Part shown: positions 1-10,163 of the stretch, piece after piece | Layout: each line of letters starts with the position of its first letter | Position numbering within the stretch: position 1 is the stretch's first letter | Assembly (NCBI GenBank): GCA_034434815.1 | Contig: DAOTYO010000059.1 | Coordinates: 3,082-67,081 of the forward strand | From: Dehalococcoidia bacterium | GTDB lineage: Bacteria; Chloroflexota; Dehalococcoidia; SZUA-161; SpSt-899 | DNA length: 64,000 nucleotides | Direction: 5' to 3' | Notes under the pieces: model-generated | The model's input: the letters and a program-made list of their open reading frames with translations, nothing else | Told to the model about the DNA's origin: nothing | The model's database searches: none | Translations under genes and position numbers: made by a program

Positions 1-299
1 AGGGGCTGATCATACTGGGAGATCTGATAGCCTTTCATGAGGTCCGGATAAGGATAGTTCTTGCGGTCGAATTTGGTGAAAGTGGGAATGGTGCAATTCA
101 GAGCCAAGCCCGTCATGATCGTGAATTCGACCGCCTTCCGATTGATCGTGGGCAGAACTCCCGGCATGCCCAAGCACACGGGACACACATGGGTATTCGG
201 AGGGGCGTTCACATAATCGGTGCTGCACCGGCAAAACATCTTGCTGGCAGTGGTGAGCTGCGCATGGACTTCCAGACCTATGATCGTCTCGTACTTCAT
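1..299 (-). CDS. gatB: Asp-tRNA(Asn)/Glu-tRNA(Gln) amidotransferase subunit B, 5' part (runs off window)
   Basis: Missing from the ORF track. Manual translation from ATG 299 gives [15 protein letters not shown]...[12 protein letters not shown]...[19 protein letters not shown], the signature GatB N-terminus. Confidence 0.95.
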   Translation of the reverse strand, partial: MKYETIIGLEVHAQLTTASKMFCRCSTDYVNAPPNTHVCPVCLGMPGVLPTINRKAVEFTIMTGLALNCTIPTFTKFDRKNYPYPDLMKGYQISQYDQP

Positions 300-379
300 T
301 ACAAATCCGGTGCCCGCTGGCTTCAGAACGAGAGTTAGTATAGCAAATCCCTTGTATCGGCGGCAAGCCGAACGTGAAG

Positions 380-575
380 CCCAGAAGGAGCGCTTGAAGG
401 AGAGAGGGCAAAAGATATTCCTCTCCGGGGGGGTGGGGGTGTCCCTCAAGAATGGGATCGAGAAGCCCGATCGTTCATGGGGTGTGGGGGGACTGGGGGG
501 CAAGGCCCGCAGTGAGGTGATCAAGGTCATTCACCCTGAGAGTGAGGGATGCAAAATAGAATCGCTGTTTTTCAG
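380..575 (-). mobile_element. MITE copy A (opposite orientation to B-G; internal deletion removes the G4 motif)
   Basis: Ends CCCAGAAGGAGCGCTT and AATCGCTGTTTTTCAG. Internal GAGAAGCCCGATCGTTCATGGGGTGTGGG and TTCACCCTGAGAGTGA match the other copies. No clear TSD. Confidence 0.8.
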
Positions 576-693
576 GTTCATTCCGAATGCCGCAAGCGGA
601 TCGGGTTTTTTCTCTACGCCCTGCTTTTTTGAGGGATGCCAACAATGACAGGCCCCTCTTCTGCTGATACAATTTTGGTATGAGGAGGGCGAT

Positions 694-1110
694 ATGCAGA
701 AGTTCTTGGCAAGGATCATATTGCTCGGCATATTGATCTGTGCTCTCATCGGAGTGGGGTGGGGATGCGGTGGGGGCGGAGGGAGTTCAACCGCCACCAA
801 AGAAACCGGCACTCGAATTACGGAGCCGAAAGAACTGATCGAAGCGACCGATCAGATTGAAGAGGCTTTCACCCGAGGAGATCCGGAACAACTGGAAACT
901 TACATTCATCCCGATACCCTTGAACTCTATAAAACGGTCATTGAGGAGAACGCCGAAAAGCTGGCGGGATTTGCCGAGATCTTCAAGACCCGAAAGCTCC
1001 TCTGGACCGACGGCCTTCAGGCGGTATATGAGGTGACCTACGAAGGGCAGAAATTCGAGATCACCATGGTCTTGGATACGGATGGAAATTGGAAACTGGC
1101 GGATTTCTAG
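694..1110 (+). CDS. Putative lipoprotein, possibly NTF2-like small domain
   Basis: RBS GAGGAGG, hydrophobic signal ending GWG-C, Gly/Ser/Thr linker, C-terminal DGNWKL hairpin. Confidence 0.7.
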   Translation: MQKFLARIILLGILICALIGVGWGCGGGGGSSTATKETGTRITEPKELIEATDQIEEAFTRGDPEQLETYIHPDTLELYKTVIEENAEKLAGFAEIFKTRKLLWTDGLQAVYEVTYEGQKFEITMVLDTDGNWKLADF

Positions 1111-1125
1111 CCGGAGGAAGCATTG

Positions 1126-3204
1126 ATGAAAAAGTGGATCGCCCTCTTCATGGTTATCACGTTGCTGACGCCGATCTATTCCGGGGCTCTGACGCCATCC
1201 ACCGCACTGGGTTACGATAACAAAACCGCGCACCGCGAGTTCAACAGAGCCATTGTGGATAAGTTCGTCGAGAGATCGGCACGCTTGCCTGAATTTCAGA
1301 GCTATTTCTTTTCCCTCGATTCAGTGGATCTGAAAGGGCCGGTCATCACCAAATCGGGTTGGTGGGATCCGACTACCGAGGAGAAAGAGCTCACGGCGCG
1401 GGAGTGGATCATCGAGGGGGGATATACGGCGGATGAACCGGAAGTCCCCGCCGCCTATCGGCACTTCTATGATCCACTGGGCCTGAACAACGGGAAGAAA
1501 TACCTGACCGATATCAACCGAGCCCTTGCCGTGTTCAATCCCGAAGTGGATGCCATTTTCTGGCATTTTTACGGCAACGATCCGAACGGCATCAATGAGT
1601 GGACGTGGGAAAATGGCAAGAAGTACATCATCAATGCCCTTCAATCGGCGGATGAGGCCACCCGGAACGGTTACCTTGCCAGAGCCTTCCGGTGTCTGGG
1701 AGAGGTTCTCCACAACACCGCCGATATGGGATGCCCGCCGCACGTTCGGAATGATGCTCACGGGGGGTATCCGGGGTTGGGGGGATCGGATCCATATGAA
1801 TCCGGCTTCAATCCCGCATGGGGGAATAAATACGCCGGTGGAGCGTGCGATCCAAACCTGAAGTCCCTCTTCACGGGTGCAACAACCGCGATCGAAATCA
1901 ACAAGGCCATGGCCGAGTTCACCAACGAGTATTTCTTCTCTCAAGATACCATCTCGGGGACGGGGGTAGAGACCTATACCTCTCGAAACGGGATGAAGGA
2001 CTATCCCTCCCCGAAGCTCGAGAAATTGGAGTACGAAGACGACTCATTCAACTACGTCTATACCTTCCCCAGCGGACGGAAGGTCCAGCTTTGCAATGAC
2101 CAATCGGTGTTCTTGGGCTATATAACCCGGAATTTCCGGGCGGCGCCGCGGGTCACGCTCAGGAATGTCGAATCGCAGGCGACCGAGCTCGTGCCGGCGA
2201 TCGTGGAAGCGGGCGTGAATGTGATGCGCAATTTCATCCCTCGCTTTGAGATAACGGTTCGGTTCGATCCCGAGCAAAAGGAGCTGAGCGGCGAGATCAA
2301 ACATATTCCCACCGATGAGTATCCCAATACCATCAACTATAGCGGGCCGGTGAAATTCTTGGTCAACAACAGAGTATCGAAGATCGAGGCCCAAGCGTCC
2401 GGCGGTAAGTTCTCGGTCAAGGCCCCCGATCTCAAAGGGAGCGAAAAGGTCGTTGCCTACATCTCTTTTGGCGGGATCCAGATACGCTCTCCGGAAGCCG
2501 ATACCGCTATGGCGGAGATCACATTCAGCACCGAATGGAGCGAAACAACGGATCCAGAACGATTCCACGGATATACCGAATTCGATAGTCCGGATGATAA
2601 GGATGATGAGCCTGAGCATTATGAGCTGTGGTATACGGGCCCAAAGGTTGTTACCAATCTCTTCCTTTCGGGAACCATCCGCGGGCCTGCGGGGACGGGG
2701 GTGAAGACAATGGAGGAGTGGGGTAAATGTGCCGCCACCGTGTACTGTGTGAAAAACAAAGAGCTAGATGTGGAGTTGAAGCTCTCTTACTCGGTGGAGC
2801 CCTCCGAATGGGTGTGGGATGCCAAAGTGTTGGACTACGGTAGAGGCGCGCCAACCTACGATGCGCTTCAGTTCACATTCGAAGGATTCCGCTATGAACT
2901 CACGGATAATCGCCCCGAGGAGAAGAAGAAAATCGAACTCCCCGATATCGCCGTGGTCTCATTCGATAAGGCGAAACGGGAATACACCATCCGCTTCAAA
3001 TTCGATCCCAAGTTCCACTTCGAAGGGGACCCCATCACCGAAGGGCTCCATATTTACCTTTACCCGATCATTTCGTGTATCAGCGGTACAACGCAGGGGC
3101 CCTGTTCCAAACCGCAATGGGATCGGTTTAATGAGAGGGGGGATATCGTAGCCACAGCAAGTGCGCGGTACGTCGTTGACATTGATTTCTGGGAAGACTA
3201 CTAA
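1126..3204 (+). CDS. Secreted protein with Zn-dependent phospholipase C/P1-nuclease-like N-terminal domain and uncharacterised C-terminal beta domains
   Basis: RBS GGAGG, ATG 1126, signal peptide. Motifs TAH, RHFYDP, GEVLHNTADMGCPPHVRNDAH and PYE resemble PLC/P1 Zn ligands. Confidence 0.6.
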   Translation: MKKWIALFMVITLLTPIYSGALTPSTALGYDNKTAHREFNRAIVDKFVERSARLPEFQSYFFSLDSVDLKGPVITKSGWWDPTTEEKELTAREWIIEGGYTADEPEVPAAYRHFYDPLGLNNGKKYLTDINRALAVFNPEVDAIFWHFYGNDPNGINEWTWENGKKYIINALQSADEATRNGYLARAFRCLGEVLHNTADMGCPPHVRNDAHGGYPGLGGSDPYESGFNPAWGNKYAGGACDPNLKSLFTGATTAIEINKAMAEFTNEYFFSQDTISGTGVETYTSRNGMKDYPSPKLEKLEYEDDSFNYVYTFPSGRKVQLCNDQSVFLGYITRNFRAAPRVTLRNVESQATELVPAIVEAGVNVMRNFIPRFEITVRFDPEQKELSGEIKHIPTDEYPNTINYSGPVKFLVNNRVSKIEAQASGGKFSVKAPDLKGSEKVVAYISFGGIQIRSPEADTAMAEITFSTEWSETTDPERFHGYTEFDSPDDKDDEPEHYELWYTGPKVVTNLFLSGTIRGPAGTGVKTMEEWGKCAATVYCVKNKELDVELKLSYSVEPSEWVWDAKVLDYGRGAPTYDALQFTFEGFRYELTDNRPEEKKKIELPDIAVVSFDKAKREYTIRFKFDPKFHFEGDPITEGLHIYLYPIISCISGTTQGPCSKPQWDRFNERGDIVATASARYVVDIDFWEDY

Positions 3205-3295
3205 ATCAAGAAGGGGAACCGGCCGCGAGCTCATCGTGGTTCTCTAAGGAAGAGGAAGTCTACCGGAACTCGGGGTACACGTCCGGAAAACCGCC

Positions 3296-3325
3296 TTGAC
3301 GAACCCCCGTCCGTCGGGCTAGAAT
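3296..3325 (+). promoter_or_regulatory. Sigma70-type promoter of tRNA-Phe/tRNA-Gly
   Basis: TTGACG-N18-TAGAAT, 8 nt before tRNA-Phe. Confidence 0.75.
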
Positions 3326-3333
3326 CTTATCGA

Positions 3334-3408
3334 GCCGAGGTAGCTCAGCGGTAGAGCACCGCACTGAAAATGCGGGTGTCGGCGGTTCGATTCCACCCCT
3401 CGGCACCA
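3334..3408 (+). tRNA. tRNA-Phe(GAA)
   Basis: GCCGAGG...CCTCGGC acceptor stem with ACCA end, anticodon arm CCGCA-CTGAAAA-TGCGG, GTTCGA T loop. Confidence 0.97.
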
Positions 3409-3414
3409 TAACGA

Positions 3415-3489
3415 GCGGAAGTAGTTCAGCGGTAGAATGCCTCCTTGCCAAGGAGGAGGTCGCGGGTTCAAATCCCGTCTTCCGCTCCA
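3415..3489 (+). tRNA. tRNA-Gly(GCC)
   Basis: GCGGAAG...CTTCCGC acceptor stem with TCCA end, anticodon arm CCTCC-TTGCCAA-GGAGG. Confidence 0.97.
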
Positions 3490-3532
3490 AAGCAAGGATC
3501 CCCTGAGAAGACCCCCGGAGTCCCCTTCTTTG

Positions 3533-5281
3533 CTAAAGCCCCTCTCTGGCTTCGACAACCGAGCGGATCCGGCTCAGAAAGCTCTCGAGGGACACACCCT
3601 TGAGGTTCTCACCCGTCCGCAATCGGATTGAAAGGGAAGAATCCCGGGCTTCGGCATCGCCCAGAATGACCATGTACGGCACCTTGGCCATCTGGGCTTC
3701 CCGGATCTTGTAGTTGAGGCGCTCGTTGCTCTCGTCCACTTCGGCGCGGATGGCGTTCCGCTTGAGCTCGGCGGCGATCTTGCGGGCATAGTCGAGGTGC
3801 CGATCGGCGATGGGGATCACCTGAACCTGTACGGGCGCAAGCCATACGGGGAAGGCCCCGGCATAGTGCTCTGTGAGGACGCCGAAGAACCGCTCGAGGC
3901 TTCCCAAAAGCGCGCGGTGAACCATGTAGGGGCGGCGCTCCTTTCCGTCCTCCCCGATGAAGGTCAGATCGAACCGTTCGGGAACGTTGAAGTCGAACTG
4001 GATGGTCGAGCACTGCCAAGCCCGCCCCAATGCATCTTTGATCTTGATATCGATCTTCGGACCGTAGAAGACCGCCTCGCCTTCCTTGCGCTCGTGGGGC
4101 AGATTTCGGGCCTCGAGGGCCTTGACCAGCGAAGCTTCCGCTTGATCCCACATGGCGTTGCTCCCGGCATACTTCTCGGGGGTATGGGGATCGCGCACAC
4201 TGAGTTCCACCTTGAAATTCGTAAACCCGAAGCCGCGGAGCATGTTCAAGCTGAAATCGAGCACCCGGAGGATTTCGCCTTCGATCTGTTCGGGCGTGCA
4301 GAAGATATGGGCATCGTCTTGCGTGAAGCCCCGCACCCGCAGAAGTCCGTGTAGGGTACCGCTCCGCTCGTAGCGATAGACCGTCCCGAGCTCTGCCCAC
4401 CGTAGAGGCAATTCCCGGTAAGAGCGGAGCTTGGTCTTGTAGATCATGATATGGAACGGACAGTTCATAGGTTTGATGTAGTAGTCCTGTCCGTCGATAT
4501 CCATGGGGGAATACATGCTTTCCCGATAGAAATTCAGGTGTCCCGAAGTCTCCCAGAGGTGCGCCCGCCCGATGTGTGGGGTGAAGACGATATCATAGCC
4601 GCCTTCGAGATGCAACTTGCGCCAGTAATCTTCGATGAGCACGCGGATCCGTCCCCCCTTGGGGTGCCAGTAGGCCAAGCCTGCGCCGGCTTCCTCGTGA
4701 AAGCTGATGAGATCCAGTTGTTTGATCAGCCTTCGGTGATCGCGGGCCTCGATCTCGGCGAGTTTCTTCAAATAGTCATCGAGCTCTTTCTGAGTCCTGA
4801 AGGCGGTCCCGTAGATTCGCTGGAGCATGGGGCGCCGCTCGTCGCCTCGCCAATAGGCCCCCGCAGTACTGAGGAGCTTGAATGCCCCGATCCGGCCCGT
4901 GGAGCTCACATGGGGCCCGCGGCAGAGATCGGTGAAATCGCCGCTCTTGTAAATGGAGACCGTTCCTTCGTCGAGATCGCGGATGAGCTCGAGTTTGTAC
5001 GGTTGAGAAGCGAAAAGCGCCTGTGCTTTCTCGCGGGGTATCTCCTCCCGGGTGAAAGGGGCATCTCTCCGGACGAGATCGCGCATCTTTTCTTCAATTG
5101 CGCTGAGATCTTCGGGGGTGAGGGGGCGGGGGAGATCGAAATCATAGTAGAACCCGTCTTCAGTCGCGGGTCCGATCCCGAATTTGGCTCCGGGGAAAAG
5201 TGTTTGTACGGCCTCTGCCATCACATGGGAAGCCGAATGGCGCATCGTTTCAAGCTCGGTATCTTTAGCTTCGCTTTCCAT
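3533..5281 (-). CDS. thrS: Threonine--tRNA ligase (short form without TGS domain)
   Basis: RHSASHVMA, DLCRGPH, KPMNCPFH, YRYERSG, RVRGFTQDDAH, FYGPKID motifs. Confidence 0.97.
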   Translation of the reverse strand: MESEAKDTELETMRHSASHVMAEAVQTLFPGAKFGIGPATEDGFYYDFDLPRPLTPEDLSAIEEKMRDLVRRDAPFTREEIPREKAQALFASQPYKLELIRDLDEGTVSIYKSGDFTDLCRGPHVSSTGRIGAFKLLSTAGAYWRGDERRPMLQRIYGTAFRTQKELDDYLKKLAEIEARDHRRLIKQLDLISFHEEAGAGLAYWHPKGGRIRVLIEDYWRKLHLEGGYDIVFTPHIGRAHLWETSGHLNFYRESMYSPMDIDGQDYYIKPMNCPFHIMIYKTKLRSYRELPLRWAELGTVYRYERSGTLHGLLRVRGFTQDDAHIFCTPEQIEGEILRVLDFSLNMLRGFGFTNFKVELSVRDPHTPEKYAGSNAMWDQAEASLVKALEARNLPHERKEGEAVFYGPKIDIKIKDALGRAWQCSTIQFDFNVPERFDLTFIGEDGKERRPYMVHRALLGSLERFFGVLTEHYAGAFPVWLAPVQVQVIPIADRHLDYARKIAAELKRNAIRAEVDESNERLNYKIREAQMAKVPYMVILGDAEARDSSLSIRLRTGENLKGVSLESFLSRIRSVVEAREGL

Positions 5282-5309
5282 CGTTCCGTCCTGTCTTCAA
5301 TTCCAACAG

Positions 5310-5338
5310 ATTTTATAGCCTTTGCCGCCGTCCGTCAA
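5310..5338 (-). promoter_or_regulatory. Sigma70-type promoter of thrS
   Basis: TTGACG-N17-TAAAAT on minus strand. Confidence 0.65.
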
Positions 5339-5370
5339 ATTCGGGCCGAACCGCGAAAGGGGGCGATCGA

Positions 5371-6321
5371 TCACCATTCGAACGCCCGATCTCGTTCGAA
5401 ATCCGGCCGATAGCACCGCTCGCTCTCCATATCCTGAACCCATCCCCGGTAGAATCCCAGCCGATAGAACTCTTCCAACACTTCATTGTACTCTTCCCCG
5501 GTGATGGAACGGCTCAGCTCGGGGTGATCGGCCACTTCGGGCGTCGGGTAATACTGCGCCATGAGGGAAACGTGAACCGAAGGGGAAAGCTCCTCCGCGA
5601 TGAAGCGGAGGCATGCTTTGCTGTTCTCCACCTCTCCGGGTAAGATCAAGTGCCGAACGATCAAGCCGGACTCCGCCACCCCGTCCTCCCCCACCGCTAG
5701 GTTGGAGCCTTTTTGCCGGAACATCTCCTCGAGCGCCGCCCCCGCCACTTCGGGGTAATCCGGCGTCTGAGAAAAGCGCCGGGCAAGCGATGGGTCCATG
5801 TACTTCAGATCGGGAAGATAAACATCGATCCATCCTTCTAGAGAGGCGATGATTTCCTTTCGATCGTACCCGTTGGTGTTCATCACAAAGATCGGCCGGC
5901 GGCCCCGGGCCTTGAGGGCCAAGATGATGGCCTTCATCTGGGGGATGCAGTGGGAAGGCGAAACGAAGCCCACCGCCCGAACACCGGTATCGAGGATGGC
6001 TTCGATGCGCCGGATGACCTCTTCCAGATCGAGCTCGTGCGCTGGATCGGAACGGTTGTTTCGACTGATCTGGAAATTCTGGCAGAAGAGGCATTGCATA
6101 TTGCAATGGGTGAAGAACACATTGCAGATCCCCTTCGGGCCGGAGATCACCGGCTCTTCTCCGCGATGGGGGAAGATCGAAGCGATGGAGAATCCGGCCC
6201 CCGTTCGGCAAAAGCCGAGCCGACCCGCGGTGCGGTCCACATGACATCCCCGCGGACATACCGCGCAATCCTTGAGCTCGTTCAGCGGGGAAAGGATTTC
6301 CGACGTGATTGGCGAAGGCAT
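5371..6321 (-). CDS. Radical SAM protein, PflX (PFL-activating-enzyme-like) family
   Basis: CAVCPRGC N-terminal motif, CNMQCLFCQN SAM cluster motif, YLPDLKY, VRHLILPG. Start trimmed to MPSPITSE. Confidence 0.85.
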   Translation of the reverse strand: MPSPITSEILSPLNELKDCAVCPRGCHVDRTAGRLGFCRTGAGFSIASIFPHRGEEPVISGPKGICNVFFTHCNMQCLFCQNFQISRNNRSDPAHELDLEEVIRRIEAILDTGVRAVGFVSPSHCIPQMKAIILALKARGRRPIFVMNTNGYDRKEIIASLEGWIDVYLPDLKYMDPSLARRFSQTPDYPEVAGAALEEMFRQKGSNLAVGEDGVAESGLIVRHLILPGEVENSKACLRFIAEELSPSVHVSLMAQYYPTPEVADHPELSRSITGEEYNEVLEEFYRLGFYRGWVQDMESERCYRPDFERDRAFEW

Positions 6322-6439
6322 CGTGATCTTCAAGGCACGGGATTTCCGGATTTCATTATAGCCCTTTCCGGCTCCCCCGTCGCTTTGTGGCCCACGGACG
6401 AGAGAAAGGCCCGATCCCTCGTGCCATCGGGCCTGAGGC

Positions 6440-8359
6440 TCAACGCGATTCATCGCCGGCCAGAAGTCCCCGCCGGGCCAGATCATCGGCCACCATCTTC
6501 AGCCCCAAGCGCTCCAGAGTTTCGCGGGTTTGAAGTCCGGAGTTCGGATCCCATCCCCTGAGCCGGTAGAACTCGTCTTTCATGGCTTCGAAATCCTTCC
6601 GGGCGATCACCGAGCCGATGCGGGAAGTGATCTTTCCCCCCTTGCCCGGAACGAGGCAATCGGGGTCCATCACTCCCCTTTTGAGCGGCATGGTATGCCA
6701 TTCCTCCGGAAGCCGATCGTCCAATCTGGGCCGGTGGCCATCGCGCAGAAGAAGGGCCCGCTGGAGGTTGAACACCCGTTCGCCGATGCGGTACAAACCT
6801 TCTTCATCGAGGTCGTTTCCGGCCACCGCCGAGTAGAGTTTGCTCTCGATCGTCGGGTCCCCGACGTGATCGGGAGTCGCCTTTGAAGCGAGAATGGGAT
6901 ACACCCAATCGCAGAGGATCAAGCACTCCTTGGCGTATTGCCGATCCTGAATCATCCGGGCTGCGAGGGCTTTCCCCTCGTACGAAGAGAAATCGCCCGC
7001 CGCCTCGCTCCCCCAGAAGCGTTTGGCGATGCTCCGGATCACCTCACTGGTCACGTAGGCGTCTTTGGATTTCTTGACCCAACTGACCCACTGGGCCAGA
7101 GGCATGCCGATTTCGTGGAGGGCCTGAATGGGTTCCCTCGGTTCGAAGGCCCAGAGGAGGGCGGTGGTGATGTACAGCCGCGGCTCGTAGGGATCGGGGC
7201 GGCGGATGAGGGAGGGGGCTTCCCCGCCGATCTGCCCCGCCGCTCGTTCCAATCCTTGCGCCAGCACATCCCCGAACCCTTGCCGGAAGGCGATCATCCG
7301 AACCAGCGCTTCGATGAACTCGATGCTTCCCATTTTGGAGAAAGGGAGCCCCGTCTGTTCTTCGGTGAGGATGCCGGCCTTGAAGCAGCGGCTCAGCCAT
7401 CCGAGCATGAGCTCGAGCGACCATGTATCGAGTCCATAATCATCGCACAGCCGATTGGCCTGAAAGGGGACATCGTTCTGCTTGCCGTAGTATTTCCATG
7501 ACCACTGCAAATAGAACATGCCCGATTGGCACATGTATTTCCCACGGTGGCCCGCGGCATCCGTATAGGTGACCCGGATGCAGTTGCCGGCGCAACCGTA
7601 GCACGGGGCCTTCTTCGTGCCCGGGCCGGAGGCCATGAAGTCCATTCCCCAAGCGATGAAAGCTTCGCCGCGCACCTTCCGGAAGTAATCGGTGAGTTGC
7701 TGCAATTCTTCGGGCCGGGCCACGGGGATTTTGCTGCGCTCGCCTTTGATGGCGATGGCCTTGAGCCTCTTTGAGCCCATCACCGCCCCCAACCCCCCGG
7801 ATCCGCTGGCATCGTCATCGGCCAGAATACCGGCGGTGGTGACCCGATTCTCGCCCGCGGGGCCGATGGCCACCACGCGCATCGAATCCCCCCATTCCCT
7901 CTTCAGCGCGTCTCGAGTCCGAGCGGCCCCTTTTCCCCACAGCGGGGAGGCATCTTTGAGTTCGGCGGTGCCGTTGCGGACGAGAAGGTAGACCGGCCTT
8001 TCCGCTCGGCCTTCGATGATCAACCCATCGAATCCGGCGAACTTGAGCTCCGCTCCCAATCGTCCACCGAGATTCCCATAGCAGAACTTCTCCGGCGTGT
8101 TGAGGGCCGATTTCCCGAAGATGCCCCATCGCGATCCCGCGATCGCGGGGATCCCCGCAAGGGGCCCGAGGGCGAATATCAGCCGGTTCCCGGGATCGAA
8201 GGCCCGGGTTTCGGGGGGAACCTCATCCCAGACCACCTTGGCCGCTATCCCGCGCCCGCCGATGAAGTCCGGTGCATAGTCGGAGGTAGGGATCGGGGTG
8301 ATGGTTTGCGAAGTCAGATTCACCCGGAGCATTTTCCCCGCATATCCGTAAGTACTCAT
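6440..8359 (-). CDS. Aldehyde:ferredoxin oxidoreductase family (W/Mo) enzyme
   Basis: YGYAGKMLRVNL, GGRG, GAELKFAGFDG, GAVMGSKRLKAIA, CYGC...C, YYxxRGWD-type tail. Confidence 0.92.
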   Translation of the reverse strand: MSTYGYAGKMLRVNLTSQTITPIPTSDYAPDFIGGRGIAAKVVWDEVPPETRAFDPGNRLIFALGPLAGIPAIAGSRWGIFGKSALNTPEKFCYGNLGGRLGAELKFAGFDGLIIEGRAERPVYLLVRNGTAELKDASPLWGKGAARTRDALKREWGDSMRVVAIGPAGENRVTTAGILADDDASGSGGLGAVMGSKRLKAIAIKGERSKIPVARPEELQQLTDYFRKVRGEAFIAWGMDFMASGPGTKKAPCYGCAGNCIRVTYTDAAGHRGKYMCQSGMFYLQWSWKYYGKQNDVPFQANRLCDDYGLDTWSLELMLGWLSRCFKAGILTEEQTGLPFSKMGSIEFIEALVRMIAFRQGFGDVLAQGLERAAGQIGGEAPSLIRRPDPYEPRLYITTALLWAFEPREPIQALHEIGMPLAQWVSWVKKSKDAYVTSEVIRSIAKRFWGSEAAGDFSSYEGKALAARMIQDRQYAKECLILCDWVYPILASKATPDHVGDPTIESKLYSAVAGNDLDEEGLYRIGERVFNLQRALLLRDGHRPRLDDRLPEEWHTMPLKRGVMDPDCLVPGKGGKITSRIGSVIARKDFEAMKDEFYRLRGWDPNSGLQTRETLERLGLKMVADDLARRGLLAGDESR

Positions 8360-8463
8360 GGCATCTCCTTCGGCACGATCGGCCTTTCCCCGGTGTGGTT
8401 TTCTCTATGGTAGCACATGACCGGCGCCTCCGCCCTTCCCGAACGGAACATCGAAGGGAATTC

Positions 8464-9990
8464 TCAGGGCCGGATTCCGCCCGGGCGCGGTTCGACGGGC
8501 GTTCCCTTGTAGCGGCTTGCCGCCGTTTCCAGAGCGGAGATCAGGACATTGCGGAGATCGCGGGGATCTATGATCTCATCGTAATTCATGGTATCGGCCA
8601 CTGCCCACGGCCCGCCCGCTTCCGCCGCGGCGAGGGCGGACTGCGTTTGAGAATCGGCATGGGCGGCCGTTCCCCCGCCCCCCGCCGGCATCGCCCCCAG
8701 TGTTGCCCCCGGGAAGGCCAGCGTGATCGTCTGCCGATCGAAGGGATTCATGGCCATGAGGGAACTCCCGAATCCGTACGCCTTGCGCACCGTCACGTGC
8801 AATTTGGGGGAGCGGATTCGGGCCTGCGCGGCATACATCCGTGCCGCGGATCGGAGAGCCCCCGATCGCTCGGCGGCGGTTCCGGCCATGATGCCGGGGT
8901 TATCGGCCAGAAAGATCACCGGCAAGTGAAAGGCGTCGGCAAGCTCAAGGAAACGGGCGGCCTTATCGGCCGCGGGGCTATCGATGGTGCCGCTCCGGAC
9001 GGCCGGTTGATTGGCCAGAATGGCCACCGCCCGCCCCCCCAACCGCGCGAGGGCGGTGATGATGGAGTCGCCGTAAAGGGGCTGAATCTCGAGCACCGTT
9101 CCGGAATCGGCCAGCATTTCGATCAAGCGGCGGGCATCGTACGGCCGGCGCGGATCGGGGGGGATGAGGTCGAGGATACCTTCCAGAAGACGTGGGCCAT
9201 CCGTGGGGGGGTCCTCGGGAGGAAGACTCCACGCGTTTGAAGGGAGATAAGATAGGTATCTTCGCACGAGGTGAAGGGCCTCTTCATCGGTGGGGACGAT
9301 ATTGTGGACAACGCCGCTGATTCGGGCATGGACCTCGGTCCCCCCGAGTTGGGTCGGCGTCACCCGCTCGCCGGTGGCGGCTTCGACGAGCGGAGGCCCG
9401 GCGGAGAAGATGGCCGAGCCTTCCACCATGATCACAAAGTCCATGAGCATGGCGGTGAGCGCTCCGTGGCCTGCGGAAACGCCCATCACCGCGGCTACCG
9501 TGGGAACCTTTCCGGAAAGCTCTGCCAGCGCTTGGAGATCGTTGGGCGCATAAGGGTAGCGCTCGAGCCAATTGGTGGCCCGTTCCCCCGCCCCCTCGAG
9601 CAAAATGATCAGCGGCACGCGTTCTTGAGCCGCGAGAAGCGCAAGGCGCAGCCGCTTGGCATAAGTCCCCAGTCCAATGGATCCCCCCTTTACGGTGAAA
9701 TCCTCTGCGCCGACCACCACGGGCCGGCCGTCGATCTTTCCGAAGCCCGCGATCAAGGCATCGGCCGGGATGGGCGTCTTGCCCGGGCCGGTTCCGCTTC
9801 CCACGAAGGTGCCGATCTCGGTGAAGCTTCCGGGATCGAGGAGTACCTCGATCCGTCGGCGGGCGTTCAATCGCCCGCCGGCATCGTGTCGGGCCACCTT
9901 GTCGGGCCCTCCCATCCGATGGACTGCCGTTCGTCTTTGATGAAGATCGTCCAAAAGCGGGGTCCAATCATCCTTGTTCATTTTCGTCAT
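8464..9990 (-). CDS. Acyl-CoA carboxylase carboxyltransferase subunit (or decarboxylase)
   Basis: ARRRIEVLLDPGSF, EDFTVKGGS, LLEGAGER, LADNPGIMAG, RKAYG, YDEIIDP. Start trimmed to MTKMNK. Confidence 0.88.
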   Translation of the reverse strand: MTKMNKDDWTPLLDDLHQRRTAVHRMGGPDKVARHDAGGRLNARRRIEVLLDPGSFTEIGTFVGSGTGPGKTPIPADALIAGFGKIDGRPVVVGAEDFTVKGGSIGLGTYAKRLRLALLAAQERVPLIILLEGAGERATNWLERYPYAPNDLQALAELSGKVPTVAAVMGVSAGHGALTAMLMDFVIMVEGSAIFSAGPPLVEAATGERVTPTQLGGTEVHARISGVVHNIVPTDEEALHLVRRYLSYLPSNAWSLPPEDPPTDGPRLLEGILDLIPPDPRRPYDARRLIEMLADSGTVLEIQPLYGDSIITALARLGGRAVAILANQPAVRSGTIDSPAADKAARFLELADAFHLPVIFLADNPGIMAGTAAERSGALRSAARMYAAQARIRSPKLHVTVRKAYGFGSSLMAMNPFDRQTITLAFPGATLGAMPAGGGGTAAHADSQTQSALAAAEAGGPWAVADTMNYDEIIDPRDLRNVLISALETAASRYKGTPVEPRPGGIRP

Positions 9991-10163
9991 CGGAGACCTC
10001 GAGTCCTTTTGGGGAGAGTTTACCGGAGCCCGGATGCAATTGGCAAGGGAATGCTTTGACCCGAAAGGAGCGATCGAAGGAGCCGGATCGTCCATCCCCT
10101 CCCTTCACATTTCATCCTCGGTAGGGTAGAATACCGCCATCATCGCGGATTGTGAGGTGTGCC

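Noticed and set aside
220-648. ORFs reading [12 protein letters not shown]... or HERSGFSDPTHPPK (also 11554-12408, 17757-18026, 25118-25345, 28257-28706, 59367-59669, 63411-63793) as a repeated protein family
   Set aside because: They are translations of MITE DNA. Frames shift between copies and there is no consistent start or RBS.
5282-5370. T-box upstream of thrS
   Set aside because: The promoter is about 30 bp from the start, leaving no room, and there is no T-box motif.
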